The translations under genes and the position numbers were made by a program. Below are positions 1-22,576 of a DNA stretch of 64,000 nt, piece by piece (positions within the stretch are counted from its first letter, which is position 1; the number at the start of each line of letters is the position of its first letter). This DNA is from Phaeosaccion multiseriatum (lineage: Eukaryota; Protista; Ochrophyta, other classes). The stretch is from positions 3,038,001 through 3,102,000 of the forward strand of contig OZ218953.1 of the NCBI GenBank assembly GCA_965112735.1. Direction: 5' to 3'. A model generated the notes under the pieces. The model saw only the letters and a program-made list of their open reading frames with translations. It was not told the origin of the DNA and did no database searches.

Positions 1-10138
<10,138 letters not shown>

Positions 10139-10620
10139 GGCGAGGACCCCTCCCCCCCCCCTTCAGGTGCATGTACACAATTAATCAATAAGCGATATGC
10201 GATAAGCGATAGGCGGGGGAGTGTCAACTCTTAGGGCACTCCTCTGAACTAAACAAAGTTTTCTGCTGAAAGTTTTGCATTTGCTTCTGCTCCAGGGACA
10301 CCTTCCAGGAAAAAAAAATAGGAGGGAGAAATGGCGTTACACCAAGTTGAAACTCAAACTCCCATCAATGAAGACGTCGGCCCGGAATGAAGTTGGGCTC
10401 ATCTCATCCCTTCTCTTTTGGACCCATCTGTTTGTGGGTTACTCACTTGTGCGTTGCTGCTCTTGCCGCTTTTCTGGTGATATGGCTGCCTTTTCTTTCG
10501 AGGAAGGGCAGGAACAGGCGAAGCAATTTCCCCCGGCCCTCTCCTCTCTCTCCAGCAATGAACGAGGTGCTGCACTCGACAAGCCACATACATAAGGCAT
10601 TTTCTCCGTCCTAAACAAGC

Positions 10621-13600
10621 ATGGGACCCGTCACCAGGCCCAGAGCCAAGGAAAAGTCGTCGCGGCAGGAGCAGAGAGCGCAGCGCAAACAGGCGATTGA
10701 AGAAGAGCTCAGTCACGACGAAGTGAAGGATGTCTCTGGCTGGCTGGGCCAGGCTCAAGGCAGGTCCCGGAACGCGCTTGTAGGCGTGTTTGCCTGCCTT
10801 AAGCAGTCGGGGTGGGACCAAAGCTTCCAATGGAAGAGGGCCTTGGTGCATGCACTGGCCCACCTCGCATCCGAGCAGAGCACAGACTTGGTGCTCCTCA
10901 TGGAGCGTGTGGCAGACGGGGACGCAAGCGGGGTGATTGGGCTGCTTGATATCTACTGCCATTACTCAGGCGCTACCAGGGGAGGAGAGCCTGTGGAGGA
11001 CGACTCCGACGCCAGCCTGGTGTTTCTCGTCAAGAAGGCGGAGGAGGAGAGAAGAGTCGCCGCCGCCACAGCAGCAGCAGAAGCAGCAGCAGCAAGGGTT
11101 GAGGGAGAGGCTCAGGTCCAAGGACTACTGGAGCTAGAGCAGCAGCAGGAGGAGGACAGCCGAGACTCTGACGAGGAGCAGCCCTTCTTTATGAGTGACT
11201 TGGGTCGGCAACGCCTTCGTGAGGTGTGCACCATGGACCTCTCTGACGTAAAGGAGCTGCTGGGGTGGCTTGTGGGGCGGCAAAGAGAGGATAAGGACGC
11301 CATCCTCGAGGCCCTCGATGGCCCCGGCGCACAGGGCACCGCCACCCTCACCATCCCCTTCTTGCTGCGCTGCATTCGAGAGGAGGGCGCCAAAGAAGAG
11401 CCCAGTTGGCTGTGCGGCCTGTGCGAGGTGAAGCGAGTGCATGAGGTGGACTATCGCCTGGTGCAGGGCTATCACCGAGATCCAAACAGCAACAAGATTG
11501 ACCTTGGTAGGGTCTTTGACTACACAGCAGGTGTGCCGGAGGGGGAGGGCATGCTCTTTGCAGCGTCAACACAAAGCCGCTTGACGCTCCGTCACCAGGG
11601 GCACGGGCGCGGGCAGGGGCAGGGGGAGGGGACGGAAGGGGGTTGTACCGCTGGGGGCCCACGACTGGAGTGCTTCGGGGAGGTGGGCAATGCTAGCAGC
11701 AGCAGCAGCAGCAGTAGCAGCAGGGGTGGCGGTGCTATCCGACTTCTGTTCGACAACAAGGCCTTCGACAACAGACGGCTGTGCTTGACTTGCAAAGATG
11801 AGGTTCGTACATGGGGGAGGGAAGGGAGAGAACCCCTTTGGTGGGGATGGCGGGAGGGGGGGGCAGTAGTGGAGGGAACAAGCTTTGGTGTGGTACCAAT
11901 GTGCCAATGAGATGGACAGGCCCAGCGAGAGGCGAATCATGACCCACAGCGTGTGTGGCGTGTGTGTTTCTTTCTCTCTCCTGTGGAGTCTTCATTTATT
12001 CTTTGTCTTGTCTTGGGCCTGTAAGATTAAACTAGATTCTCTCCTCTCTGTCTCTCTCTTTCCCTCCCTCCCTCCCTCCCTCCCTCCCTCCCTCCCTCCC
12101 TCCCTCCCTCCCTCCCTCCCTCCCTCCCTCCCTCCCTCCCTCCCTCCCTCCCTCCCTCCCTCCCTCCCTCCCTCCCTCCCTCCCTCCCTCCCTCCCTCCC
12201 TCCCTCCCTCCCTCCCTCCCTCCCTCCCTCCCTCCCTCCCTCCCTCCCTCCCTCCCTCCCTCCCTCCCTCCCTCCCTCCCTCCCTCCCTCCCTCCCTCCC
12301 TCCCTCCCTTCCTCCTCCTCACCAACAGACGCAGCAGTTTTTGGTAACGCACGGCTACGAGGTTGAGCTGCACCACACCGTGGATCACGAGAGGAGGGGC
12401 CTGCTTCACGAGGAGAGGGATCGGAGCGCTCTCAAGGCGGCGTATCTCTTGCAGGAGCAGGTACGTGTGTGTGAGTGTGTGTGTGTGTGTGTGGGCATGT
12501 ATGTGTACGTGGGTGGGTGCGTGCGTATCTGTGTATGATCTCTCTCTCTCTCTCTGTGTATATTGCATGTATGTATGCATGTATGCTGTATCACCAACTG
12601 CTGGTCTCTCTCCTCCTGCCCAATAGGACCGAAGGCGAGAGTCTGCGGTGCTGCACGCCGTGCACTGTGGCATTAAGAACGCCGAGCGAAGGGAGCGCCT
12701 CGACCGGAGAGCGCAGACCTTGGCGGAGCAGAGCCAGGAGGAGGCAGACGAGCTCCAACGCATCAAGGATGAACTTGCTCGCAGCGTAAGCGAAGCAGCT
12801 GTGAGTGATAAGAAGGTGCGTGAGTGCGTGAGTGAGTGAGTGAGGCTTGCCCCTTCCTCGCCTCTCCCCTGCTCTTCCTTCCCTCCCTCCCTCCCCCCCT
12901 CCCTCCCCCCCTCCCTCCCTCCCTTCCTCCCTACGTTTCTTGTTCTAAGCCTAATACTTTACACATGCATTTACACCACACACAAATACTCACACACACA
13001 CAGATACGTCGCCATCTGCAGCGCGACGTGGTGAAGGAAGGCTTCAAGCGCAGGGCCCTCGCTTCCCTCAACTGCGAGCGTAAGTGGGGCACCGCCCCCG
13101 AGGAAGGAGGCGTGCACGCGAGCAAAGACCGATGCCACGCGTTGTCTACACGCCCCGCGCCATTCTTGTTGGACGGGACACCCGTGAGTCCCCGGGGGGC
13201 TGCCATGATATTTGGCATGGAGAAGCCCCCCCCGGTACAGCAGTTGGCGATACAGCAGCAGCGGGAGCTGGTGGTACGGCAGCAGGGCAGAGCCTCGATA
13301 GTGGAGGAGGAGGAGGAGGAGGAGGAGGAGGAGGAGGAGGAGGAGGAGGAGGAGGAGGAGGTAGAGGACGGGGAAGAGGACGAGGAAGAGGACGAGGAGG
13401 AGGATGACGACGAGGAAGAGGCTGAGGAGGAGGAGCGTTCGTCGTCATCTTCTTCGCAGGAGGAGGAGGAGGAGGGTCACGGTCTCAGACCAGAGGATCT
13501 GAATGCCATGTACAAAGCGGAGGTGCAAGAGCTGACCCCGGAGGAGCTGTCCCTGCTTCACCTATGGAAGACAAATGCCGTTACAGAAGATCATGTACTT

Positions 13601-14384
13601 AACATGAGGAATGCGGCAAGGGCCTACCAGGCGCAGCAGGGACAGAGGCGCCAGATGGAGGAGTCCTGCGCGTAAGTTCGCTCGACTTTGATCGATCCTT
13701 CCCCTTCTGACTGCCCTCTCCCTTTCTCTTTTCGTGTGTGTCAGTCTGCGCGTCGGATCTTCACCCCCTTCTCTCCCAGTCTCTCTCAGTCTCTCACTCT
13801 GTTCCTCTCTCTCTCTCTGTCCCTCCCTCCCTCTCTCTGTCCCTCCCTCCCTCCCTCCCTCCCCCCCTCCCCCCCCCCCTCCCTCTCCCCCTCCCCCCCT
13901 CCCTCCCTCCCTCCCTCCCGTCTCTCTCCCTGTCTGCCCTCCTCTCTCACCCCCCCCCTCCCTCCCTCTCTCTCTCTCCCTCCTTCTCTTCCTCCCCCCC
14001 CCCCTCTCCCCCTCCCTCTCTCCCTCCCTCCCTCCTTCCCTCCGTTCCCCACCATGCAGAGACTGGCTGCGCTTGGCTGGGGAAGTGGAGGAGCGAGTCC
14101 TCGCTAAAGAGAGGCACTTGGAAGAAGTCAAGGAAACCCACCTCAGGAGGAGGAAGGCCGCCAAGGAGAGGCACGCCAAGCAGGTACAGCTCCTCAGACA
14201 AGAGGCCAAGAGAAGAAAGGAAGCGGCGCGCATCCTTAGGGAGAGACTGGAGGCGGCGCGGAGGTTGCAGCAGGAGAAAGAGCACCGAGAGAGGAGCAAC
14301 ATGGAGGCGACAGAGAAGCAGCAGCGGCGCACAGACAGGTGGGTACCAAGGGGCGTAGAAGTAGCAGGAGGAGGAGGAAGAGGA

Positions 14385-14415
<31 letters not shown>

Positions 14416-15121
14416 AGGAGGAGGAGGAGGAGGAGGAGGGAGTAGGAGGAGGAGAAGGAGAAGGAGGGGGAGGGGAGGAGGAGGACGAGGAGGAGGAGGA
14501 GGGAGGAGGAGGAGGAGGAGGAGGACGAGAAGGGGGGGTGTCCCCCCCCCCCCCCCCGAATTATATCATGCTGCTGCCGACATTGCTGACACGGACACTG
14601 ACTGCACAATCTGCTTCTGGCGTACCACCAACTGCTTCTGCTGCTGCCGCTGCTTGCTGCTTATCACCACCTACTCCACGCAGATACTGGGGCGTGCTGC
14701 TGGAGTCATCGCGTCTGCGGCAGCTTGAGCGAGACCGGAGAGACGAGTGGAGGCGCCACATCGTGCTCGGCTCAAAGCGTTTGGAGGCTACCAGGTATGA
14801 TGTGGTATGGTGTGGACAGACAGACAGACAGACAGATTGACAGACAGACAGGAAGCCCTTCCATGCCCCCTCTGCCCTCCCATTTCTCTCGTCGGGTGCC
14901 ATCCTGGCGGCCGTTGCTTGTGCTTTCGTCGTCATCTCAATTACCTCCTCTCCTTTCTTCCTCCTTACACTGCCCTTATCTCCCCCTTCCTCTCCCTCTC
15001 CCTCTCGTCCAGATGTGTGGAGGAGGTGGAGGAGATGGACCGCGTGGCTGCGGCATCCAACAGCTACCCTCCTGTGGATCCCAACATTGAGCGGCAACAG
15101 GCAATGTTACGCCGGCTCTAA
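10621..15121 (+). CDS. Hypothetical protein with a long charged coiled-coil C-terminal half
   Basis: Frame-consistent exons 10621-11802, 12329-12460, 12627-12815, 13004-13671, 14060-14338, 14684-14794, 15013-15121, with GT-AG ends. E/R/K-rich helices; no family recognised. Confidence 0.75.
12062..12309. repeat. (CCCT)n microsatellite, intronic
   Basis: Pure tetranucleotide run; similar runs at 6214-6250 and 59074-59280. Confidence 0.95.
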
Positions 15122-16618
15122 GAGGCCCACTTGTTGGCGATCCGAGATCCCAAGCATCTCTTGACGCTGTGACGGAAAGGAGGACCGTGTCGGGACGACA
15201 AGATGTACTTTGCCCCCCTTGGCAAGCAGGCTGCCCTTCGTTTGCTACTGCTACAGTGTATCACTGCTGCGTTGCCTACTGCTGCTGTTGCTTGCGGCTG
15301 CTTGCGGATTTCCTCGTTCTCGACTTCTAGCGGCATGGCGAATGCGGCCCTTCCAAATGGCATCCCTCTCGACTCGACATACGATATATGGCAGTCGATG
15401 GACGTCATGTCATGTGAAGGTGACGACGAGTGAGCGACCTCTGGGTAGACAGAGTGGCCCCTCTCGAGCAAAGGCCGGGGCCGAAGCAAACAAAGACTCA
15501 CTACACCACACCACATCACACATCGCTTAACGTCACTTCAAGAGCATTGCGTGAGGACGCGTTGTCGATGGAGATGAGCTAATGCAGCAGTTGGTGATTC
15601 AGGAGCCGCAAGCCAGTTGCTGATTTTGTGATCTAGGAGTCTCCCCAGCACACGCTCACCCCGACCCCCGGAAGCCTCCCCTCCCCCCTCTTCCCCTTAC
15701 GTTGGACATATATGGGACACAGCAGTCGATGCGGCAGTCGAGTGCAGACACAGCACAGCAGTCGAGTACAGGGACGGATGGACAGATGGCAGCGACGGCT
15801 CACGCGTTCCACATTCACACAATTCATCGAGTGCGTTTGCGTGCGTTTGTGAGTGGTGCGTGGGTTGTGTTGTATATAATATGTATTGTTGCCATAAAAG
15901 TACGTAATGTTTTCCCTTTTTTTCAAGATATTCACACTATTTTGCAAAACAAATAGAATATACGATATGGTGCATGGAAAGCAACTGACCACCGAGGGGG
16001 TGGCGAAAGTGTCAACAACGGAACAAACACACCTCAGACTTCTCTCACTCAACAACGGAACAAACACACAGTTGTGGTGGGATGGTTGGCCAAAGCTCTA
16101 CCACCACCCCCCCCACCCTCTCCCTTACACATGCCGTTAAATGAGAACAATGGGTGCAAAAATCAAAGACGAAAGCGCCGAACAAGAGCAACTCTTTCCT
16201 TCCAATCAGAACATGGGGTGCAAAAATCAAAAGACGAAAGCGAATACGTACAAACGAAATCGAAAAAAAGATAAAATACTTGCTGGGTACACATAAGATA
16301 GAAGCCCCGAGCTGACACAACACACCTCCCCCCCACAAATCGCCGCATGAGCCAAACAGGGCGGTTCGTGGGTACGTGTGCGTTGTCTTGGAGCTGTTGC
16401 CATGCGGAGCGGTATACGGTATAGACGCCCAGAAGCGTGACGCACGGCTTGTACATGCTTGATGGACGACTTGACCATGGTCCACACGGAAGATGATCTT
16501 CTTCCCTCCCTCCCTCCCTCCCTCCCTCCCTCCCTCCCTCGCTCTCCCGCCTGTGCTGTGGCCTGTGCCGTTCCCTCCACTCTCCATTCCGCCGCCATCA
16601 TCGGGCACGGCCATGAGC

Positions 16619-19216
16619 TCACGTGGTCATCGCTGCGGCTGCTGTCGCCAGTGCTTGGTGCTGCTGTGGGCGCCTCGCCTTGGACAGCAGGTGCTCCTCG
16701 ACCGCCCTGAACAGCATCCACTCGGGCAGCTGGCCAAGCTTCTTCCACGCCGCGGCTCGGAAACCATCCGCGGGGGCGTACTTCTCCTGCAGCCCTTTGA
16801 GCATGTGGGTGTGCGCGTGCAAGACGTAGGGCTTGGTGTTCATCCTCTCCTTGGATATGAACAAGAGGTAGTCAGCGTGCACCTTCCACAGCTCCAACAT
16901 GCACTCTGCCACTGCCCGCGCCTCCTCGCGCTGGTGCTGCACAAAGTCGCGCAAAAAGCCCAACCCGAAAGGATTCTTCTTGCCCGTGTCTTGCGTGTTC
17001 ATGAAGGGTTTCACCTCCTCGTCGCCAAGGAGACTCAGTACCTCGCGGTTGGAAGGCTCAATCACAAAGGAGGGGTGGGGAGCGCTGAGCAAGGGTGAGG
17101 AGCTCACGAGCAGGCCAGAGTCCTCATAGTAGGCCGTGGTGAGGCGAGCCAGTAGCAGCACTGCCGTCGCCCTCGTGGACGGGAGGAAGGCGAGCAGGCG
17201 GTAGTCCAGCAGTGTGAGATCCGCGAGGAAGACGGTCAAAATTGCACTCTCGTCCATCCCGGGAGTCCTGCCCACCGCGGCCATGGATGCGCTGTGTGTG
17301 AGGCTGCCTTTGTCCACGAGCAGAGCACTGGCTGCCTTGCCCGTCTCCCCCTCGGGCAGGTGGGACAGGTAGCGGGACAGCACCACCGCAGCGGTCACGG
17401 GCGGAGCAGCAGTGGGTTGCTGGGTCTCATCGCCGCCTTCGTTCTCGGCTCGCACTATCCCAGCGGCCTCCCCCCCTCCTCCTCCGCCTGTTGTTGCTCC
17501 TCCGGCGGCGCCTCCAACCTCTGGCTGCTGAGACTGGGCACTGGTCACGAGGGGCATGACCGCTCTCACCATCTCTTCAATGTCCTCGGACTGTGGCCAC
17601 ATGGAGAACAGGGGCAGGGGCAGGGGCAGGGGAGAGAGAGCATCAGTATTCAAGTCTTGGTGTGGGAAGCAGCCGGCAACAAGAGAGATGCCGTAATGGG
17701 GAGAAATAATCGAGAAAAAAAAAAAAAAAAAAAGGGAGAAAGCTGAAAAAAAAAAAACAATTGAGGACACTAAACACTTACACTGTATTGTCCGCCGCAG
17801 ATGCTGGCCACGTCCGCCACGCTCATGGGGGAGGCGGTGTGTCGGTCCTCCGCCCGGGGGGAGGTAAGGAGGGCCTGCCGTCCCTCCACCATGGAGCACA
17901 CACAGCCCAGCAGCTGGAGCCGCCGCTTCAGCACAGTCCTGCTGCCCAGGCATCTGTCCATGAGGGCCACAGACGCATGCAGGACCGCCGTGCTGAGGTG
18001 AAACTCGAGGCAAACCTCCACCATCCAGTCCACCAGGATAAAGCGCATCCGCTCGGTGATGAGCTCGCCCTTGCCGGTGAGCGGCTCGCATTGGAGCAGG
18101 CCAAGGTAGTCGTACCGAGGCTGTTGCTTGACCTGGTCCTCCAGCAGGTCTCCGCACTTCTTGAGCATTTGCAGGACGCCCAGGCTGTAGGAAGCGACGG
18201 GGCGGCCCTCGGGAAAGTGGCCTAGCAGCTCCAGCCGGTACTGTCGACGCCTCTTCTGCTCCAAGCGCCGCTTCTCCTTTGGCAAGAGGGCGGGTGGCAC
18301 CTGCTCCTCGAGCACTTGATTCTGCTGCCCGCCGCCGTGAACAGGTGCCACCGAGACACCAGGCGCCACCGCCATTGGCTCGGGAGCGGTCGCAGGGGTC
18401 AGGGGTAGGGACAAGCTGCGGTGCTGGTAGAAGCAGCTCACGCAGTGCACGTTGGTAATGGGCCGGGAGATTCCCTGAACGACTGCGCCGTGGTGCTGCA
18501 GAATGTGGCGCTTGGACCGCAAAAGGCTCAGGCCTCGCATTTCGCTGCACGGGTGGACGCAAAGAGGGGGCACACGCACACGTAGGGAGAGAGAGAGTAC
18601 GTACGTCAACACCCGGACGCCTTTCAACAGACGGCAAACAAAAGGACCCGGCCCAATCACCAATCTCCTTCGCACTTTCTCCTCACCTGCTGGACTCGCT
18701 CACGCTCGCCAAGTCCACCGGCTCCAGATATGTAAGTATCTTGTCAAAAATATCCGCTGCAAGATTAAGGCAGCCCCCTCCCCCTTCAGGAGCAACCTTT
18801 CCCTGTGTGGCAGGCCTCTTAACGCTTATTTTGCTGCTGGCCGAGAACAGAGACAAGTCAGAGCCGCCCGAACGCTTATTGCTGATGTTGCTGCGGGTGG
18901 TTGACAGTGCGGGACCGACGTCCCGCGCCCTCTTTCGACTCCGGCGTTCGTCCCCTCCAACCTCAAGTTCCCTTCCCTCGCTGGTACGGTCGGCGAAAGA
19001 CTCGTGAACCGGGCGGCTTTCCTCGGCGCTACCCGCCAGGCTCTTGATAACCGTCCCACCCCACCGGATGAGCTGGCGAAGCAAACCGGAGTCGTGGCTG
19101 CCGCTGCCGCTCTCACTACTCCCCATCGAGGGCACTGACCCTGCAGAACGCGCTGTAGGAGGAAATGACATACGCCTCTCCGCCGCAGAACCAGCTGCAG
19201 CAGCCCCCCCGATCAT
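16619..19216 (-). CDS. F-box + cyclin-box protein (cyclin F-like architecture)
   Basis: Exons 19216-18687, 18544-17782, 17590-16619 splice in frame (~755 aa; start codon uncertain). F-box LNLAADIFDKILTYLEPVDLASVSESS|SEMRGL. Cyclin N-box ITERMRFILVDWMVEVCLEFHLSTAVLHASVALMDRCL...RLQLLGCVC...ICGGQYS|SEDIEEM. Cyclin C-box FLADLTLLDYRLLAFLPSTRATAVLLLAR. Confidence 0.85.
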
Positions 19217-19618
19217 TGCAGATCTACAAGTAGGAGACAAGGCAAGTGGGCCTTAGCCCCTCCTTCCGGAGACTCGCCCACGAGAGTACCTGTCACCTGT
19301 TCCGTGCGCGTGTAAGTTCAAATATTCTTCTCTGATCCAACCGGCTGCTTTCTCTGCTGCTTCCCCACCGACTAATCCCCACCCCGGCCCGACAGTGATG
19401 TAGAGGAGAAGGTAGAGAAGAGACTTCGCGGTTAAAACGCCCCTCTTTACTGTATATGATGCAGGATGCAGTCGCGCTTTTGATCGACACAACGTTTTCC
19501 TTTTCGAGCAGTGACTGTATGCACGCACGCCCCCACACATCCCCCGGGGTGTGCATGTGTGCCCATAGGATTACAGGAGGGCGGGAATCCATAAGAGTTC
19601 TCTGTAGTCCGTATGTCT

Positions 19619-22542
19619 AATAGTACCGTGATGTGGGGCACCTGCCCCACGAAATTATGGTTTTGGATATTTTATGGGCCACAAATGCTCGTTTTTCAAG
19701 TTTTTTATCCAATATTTTTTGGTTGTGGGGCATTCTCCCCCCCCTCCCCACATGGATTTTTATTCATTCACAGCATCAGCATATTTGCACAGGGCAGCTA
19801 TGTAAGAGGAGCAGCGGCTGCGCGGACGATACCCGGCTGTAACAGCTGATGCCAGTGGTGGGAGGGGCATCTCCCACGTGAATTTGCAGGAGAACAGAGC
19901 ATACCATGGCTGACGTCGCTGTTGCTACGGTTCCGGAAGCACCAGCAGCAGAGGGGGAAGAAGCACCGCTTACTGCAGAGCAGCAGCAGATTCAGAACCT
20001 CCGAAACAACACCATCGCCCCACGCTCGAGAAGTGGATATGCATGCGCCTCCACCATGCTGATCCGATACCTCTTCCGCAAGCACCCGGAGCTTCTGGAC
20101 CCTGACTTCAGGACAGCATTTGCTCCACCGGAAGGGGAAGAGGAGGAAGACGGGGAAGATGGGGAAGAGGAGGAAGCACAGAGGAGAGCAGCAGCAGCCG
20201 CAGCAGCCGCCGCACCTGGCGGAGCGGGTGGTGCCACTGCAGCGGCACAGCAGACGCCGGCTGAGGTGTCGAGAGCAGCGAAAGCCCAAGCAAAGGCCAA
20301 GAAGAAGGCTGAGGCGCAGTGGACGAAGCGGGTGAAGGCACACTTGATCCAAGCACCTCGGGCGCCGCACCCTTTGCTGTTCCATCTGCTGACAGCCGAC
20401 GCGTTCTTCGGGTGGCTGCTTGAAGTCAAGAAGGGGCCGAAGGGCTTATCCAAGGCCGGTGCACAGTCGAAACGCTCTGCACTCTTCAATCTGTACAGAG
20501 ACTACCATCAGGAGGAACAGCACCGCAAATTGCAAAGCGACCTTGCGACGCTCACCAAGGGGCTGAAGAGGACGATCGCAGGAGAGAAGCAGGAGGGAAA
20601 TGTCGAAGTCAGAGAAGGGAAGGCTCCCATGCCGTTCGCTCTCTACCGCGCTCTTGCCAAAGGTAAATTCCCAGCTGTGTGGAGTCAGTGGACAGTGGAA
20701 ACTAGTGGAGTGGGTGGAGACAAGTGGCTGATGCATTGAATGCCCCCACTCACTTCCTAGCCCTGACGCCGTCTTTGGTTGCCACTGTTTCCTTCGCTTG
20801 TGTACATCGCAGCAATGCTGAGCTCGGCAGTCTGTGAGAACGGGCACAGACAGGGCGCCTTTGGCCACCCCTTCCTCGTTCTCTCCTGGAATCTGATGTG
20901 CCGCGCCACCAACTGTGTGGAGATTTGTCTCGATCATCTCGAGTGGAAGGGGGACGCGCTCTGCGTCTATTTTGGGAAGCAAAAGGGCGATCAGCTGGGA
21001 GAGAAGGCCCGACATCCTCGCCACGTCTACGCGAATCCAATCATGCCGGAGATCTGCCCCGTCCTCGCGCTTGGTGTTTACCTCCTGAGCTTTGGTTTTG
21101 AGAAGAACGCGCTGTTCGCTGGCAACAATCAGTACGATAGGTATTGCGGCTTCCTCAGACGTACGGCGGCGGCGAACTCGTCCATTTTGGAAGGCATGGG
21201 GCTGACTCCAGAGGACCTCGGCACTCATTCTGGGCGCAAGGGCGCTGCCTCGCACGTCACAAGCGGCTCGTCCGCTGCTCCCAACCCAATTGCTGTGCAA
21301 CTTCGAATGGGATGGTCTCTTCCCGGCGTGCAGGGCATCTACTTCAACCCCATCAATGCAGCAGATCAGTATGTGGGCCGGGCTGCCTCCGGCGCGAACA
21401 TCTCAGCGAAGGAGTTTGCATTGCTTCCTCCCTTTTTTCAGCGCCTCAAGGTGGACGGCACAGCGAAGGAGGGCATTGAAGACGTGCTCGCGGGAGCCAT
21501 TGTGAGCTGCTTCAGGGACGTGCCGCTGAGATTGAGGAAGGTGGCTGAATTCTGTCTTGCCAGTGTGGTGTACCACGCCGGCTTTCTGCGCAGCACTCTT
21601 CAGGAGAATCACCCTCTTTTCACGACACAGCTCTTCCGAGATCAAAGGTTGCTGGCGGACCTTTCAGAGCATGTCGTGCTGAAGTATCCGGACGAGACGG
21701 ACGAGATTTCTGCAACCGGGATTCCTCCCCACGTCGTGCAGCTGAGGCAATTCCAAGTCGTGGCGGACAGCGTGGCCTCTCTAGGCGGCAAGCTTGAGGT
21801 GTTGGGCCAGACGATCAAGGTCGACTTGGAGACGCTGATCCGTGACGTTCTGGAGGAGAATGCACAGGCCTCTGGTACTGTCACCAGTCTGGGTGTGAGC
21901 AGGGCCCTGCAGACGACCCTCGACGCAGCCTTTTCTAAGAGTGGGCTCAGCGACCTTCTCGCGGCTCACCAGGCAGGCACTCTGGGCCTTGGTGAGGGTT
22001 CGAGCAGCGCCCCGCCCTCTTCTTCTTGTGCAGGTGCAGATCAGCCACCTCTGTATCTCTACAACGGCCGGTGGCATACCCTTCCCGAGCACTTTGAGGT
22101 CCCTAGCTTCACTGTGCGCGCTGCTTGGGATGCTTGGATGACAGGCACTCCTCGCCTTCGAGAATTCACGACAGCAGACGTGCAGGGGAGGGCGGAGAAG
22201 CGAAGGATGTCAAAATTTTGCTGTTTGATGGGTGCGATTGAATCCGCGGCGAAAGAAAAGGGGCTCTGGAAGGACAAGCCGACGCTTGAAGAAGCGCGAA
22301 GCATGTTTGACGCAGTCAAAGACGCCTTTGACATCAAGTCTCGTTCTGATTCTCACAAGCGCCGCTTCAATCAGCTGGTGTGGACCACCGTGTATAATTT
22401 ATGGAGCGCGCAGCAGGCGGACGCGAAAAAACGGGCGAAGCGGGCGAGGGCGAAGGAAAGTGGCACTGGTGCAGACGAGTCGAAGGAGGGGGATGGAGGT
22501 GATAGCGGTGCAGAGGACGACGAGGAGGAGGTGGCAGCAGCA

Positions 22543-22576
<34 letters not shown>

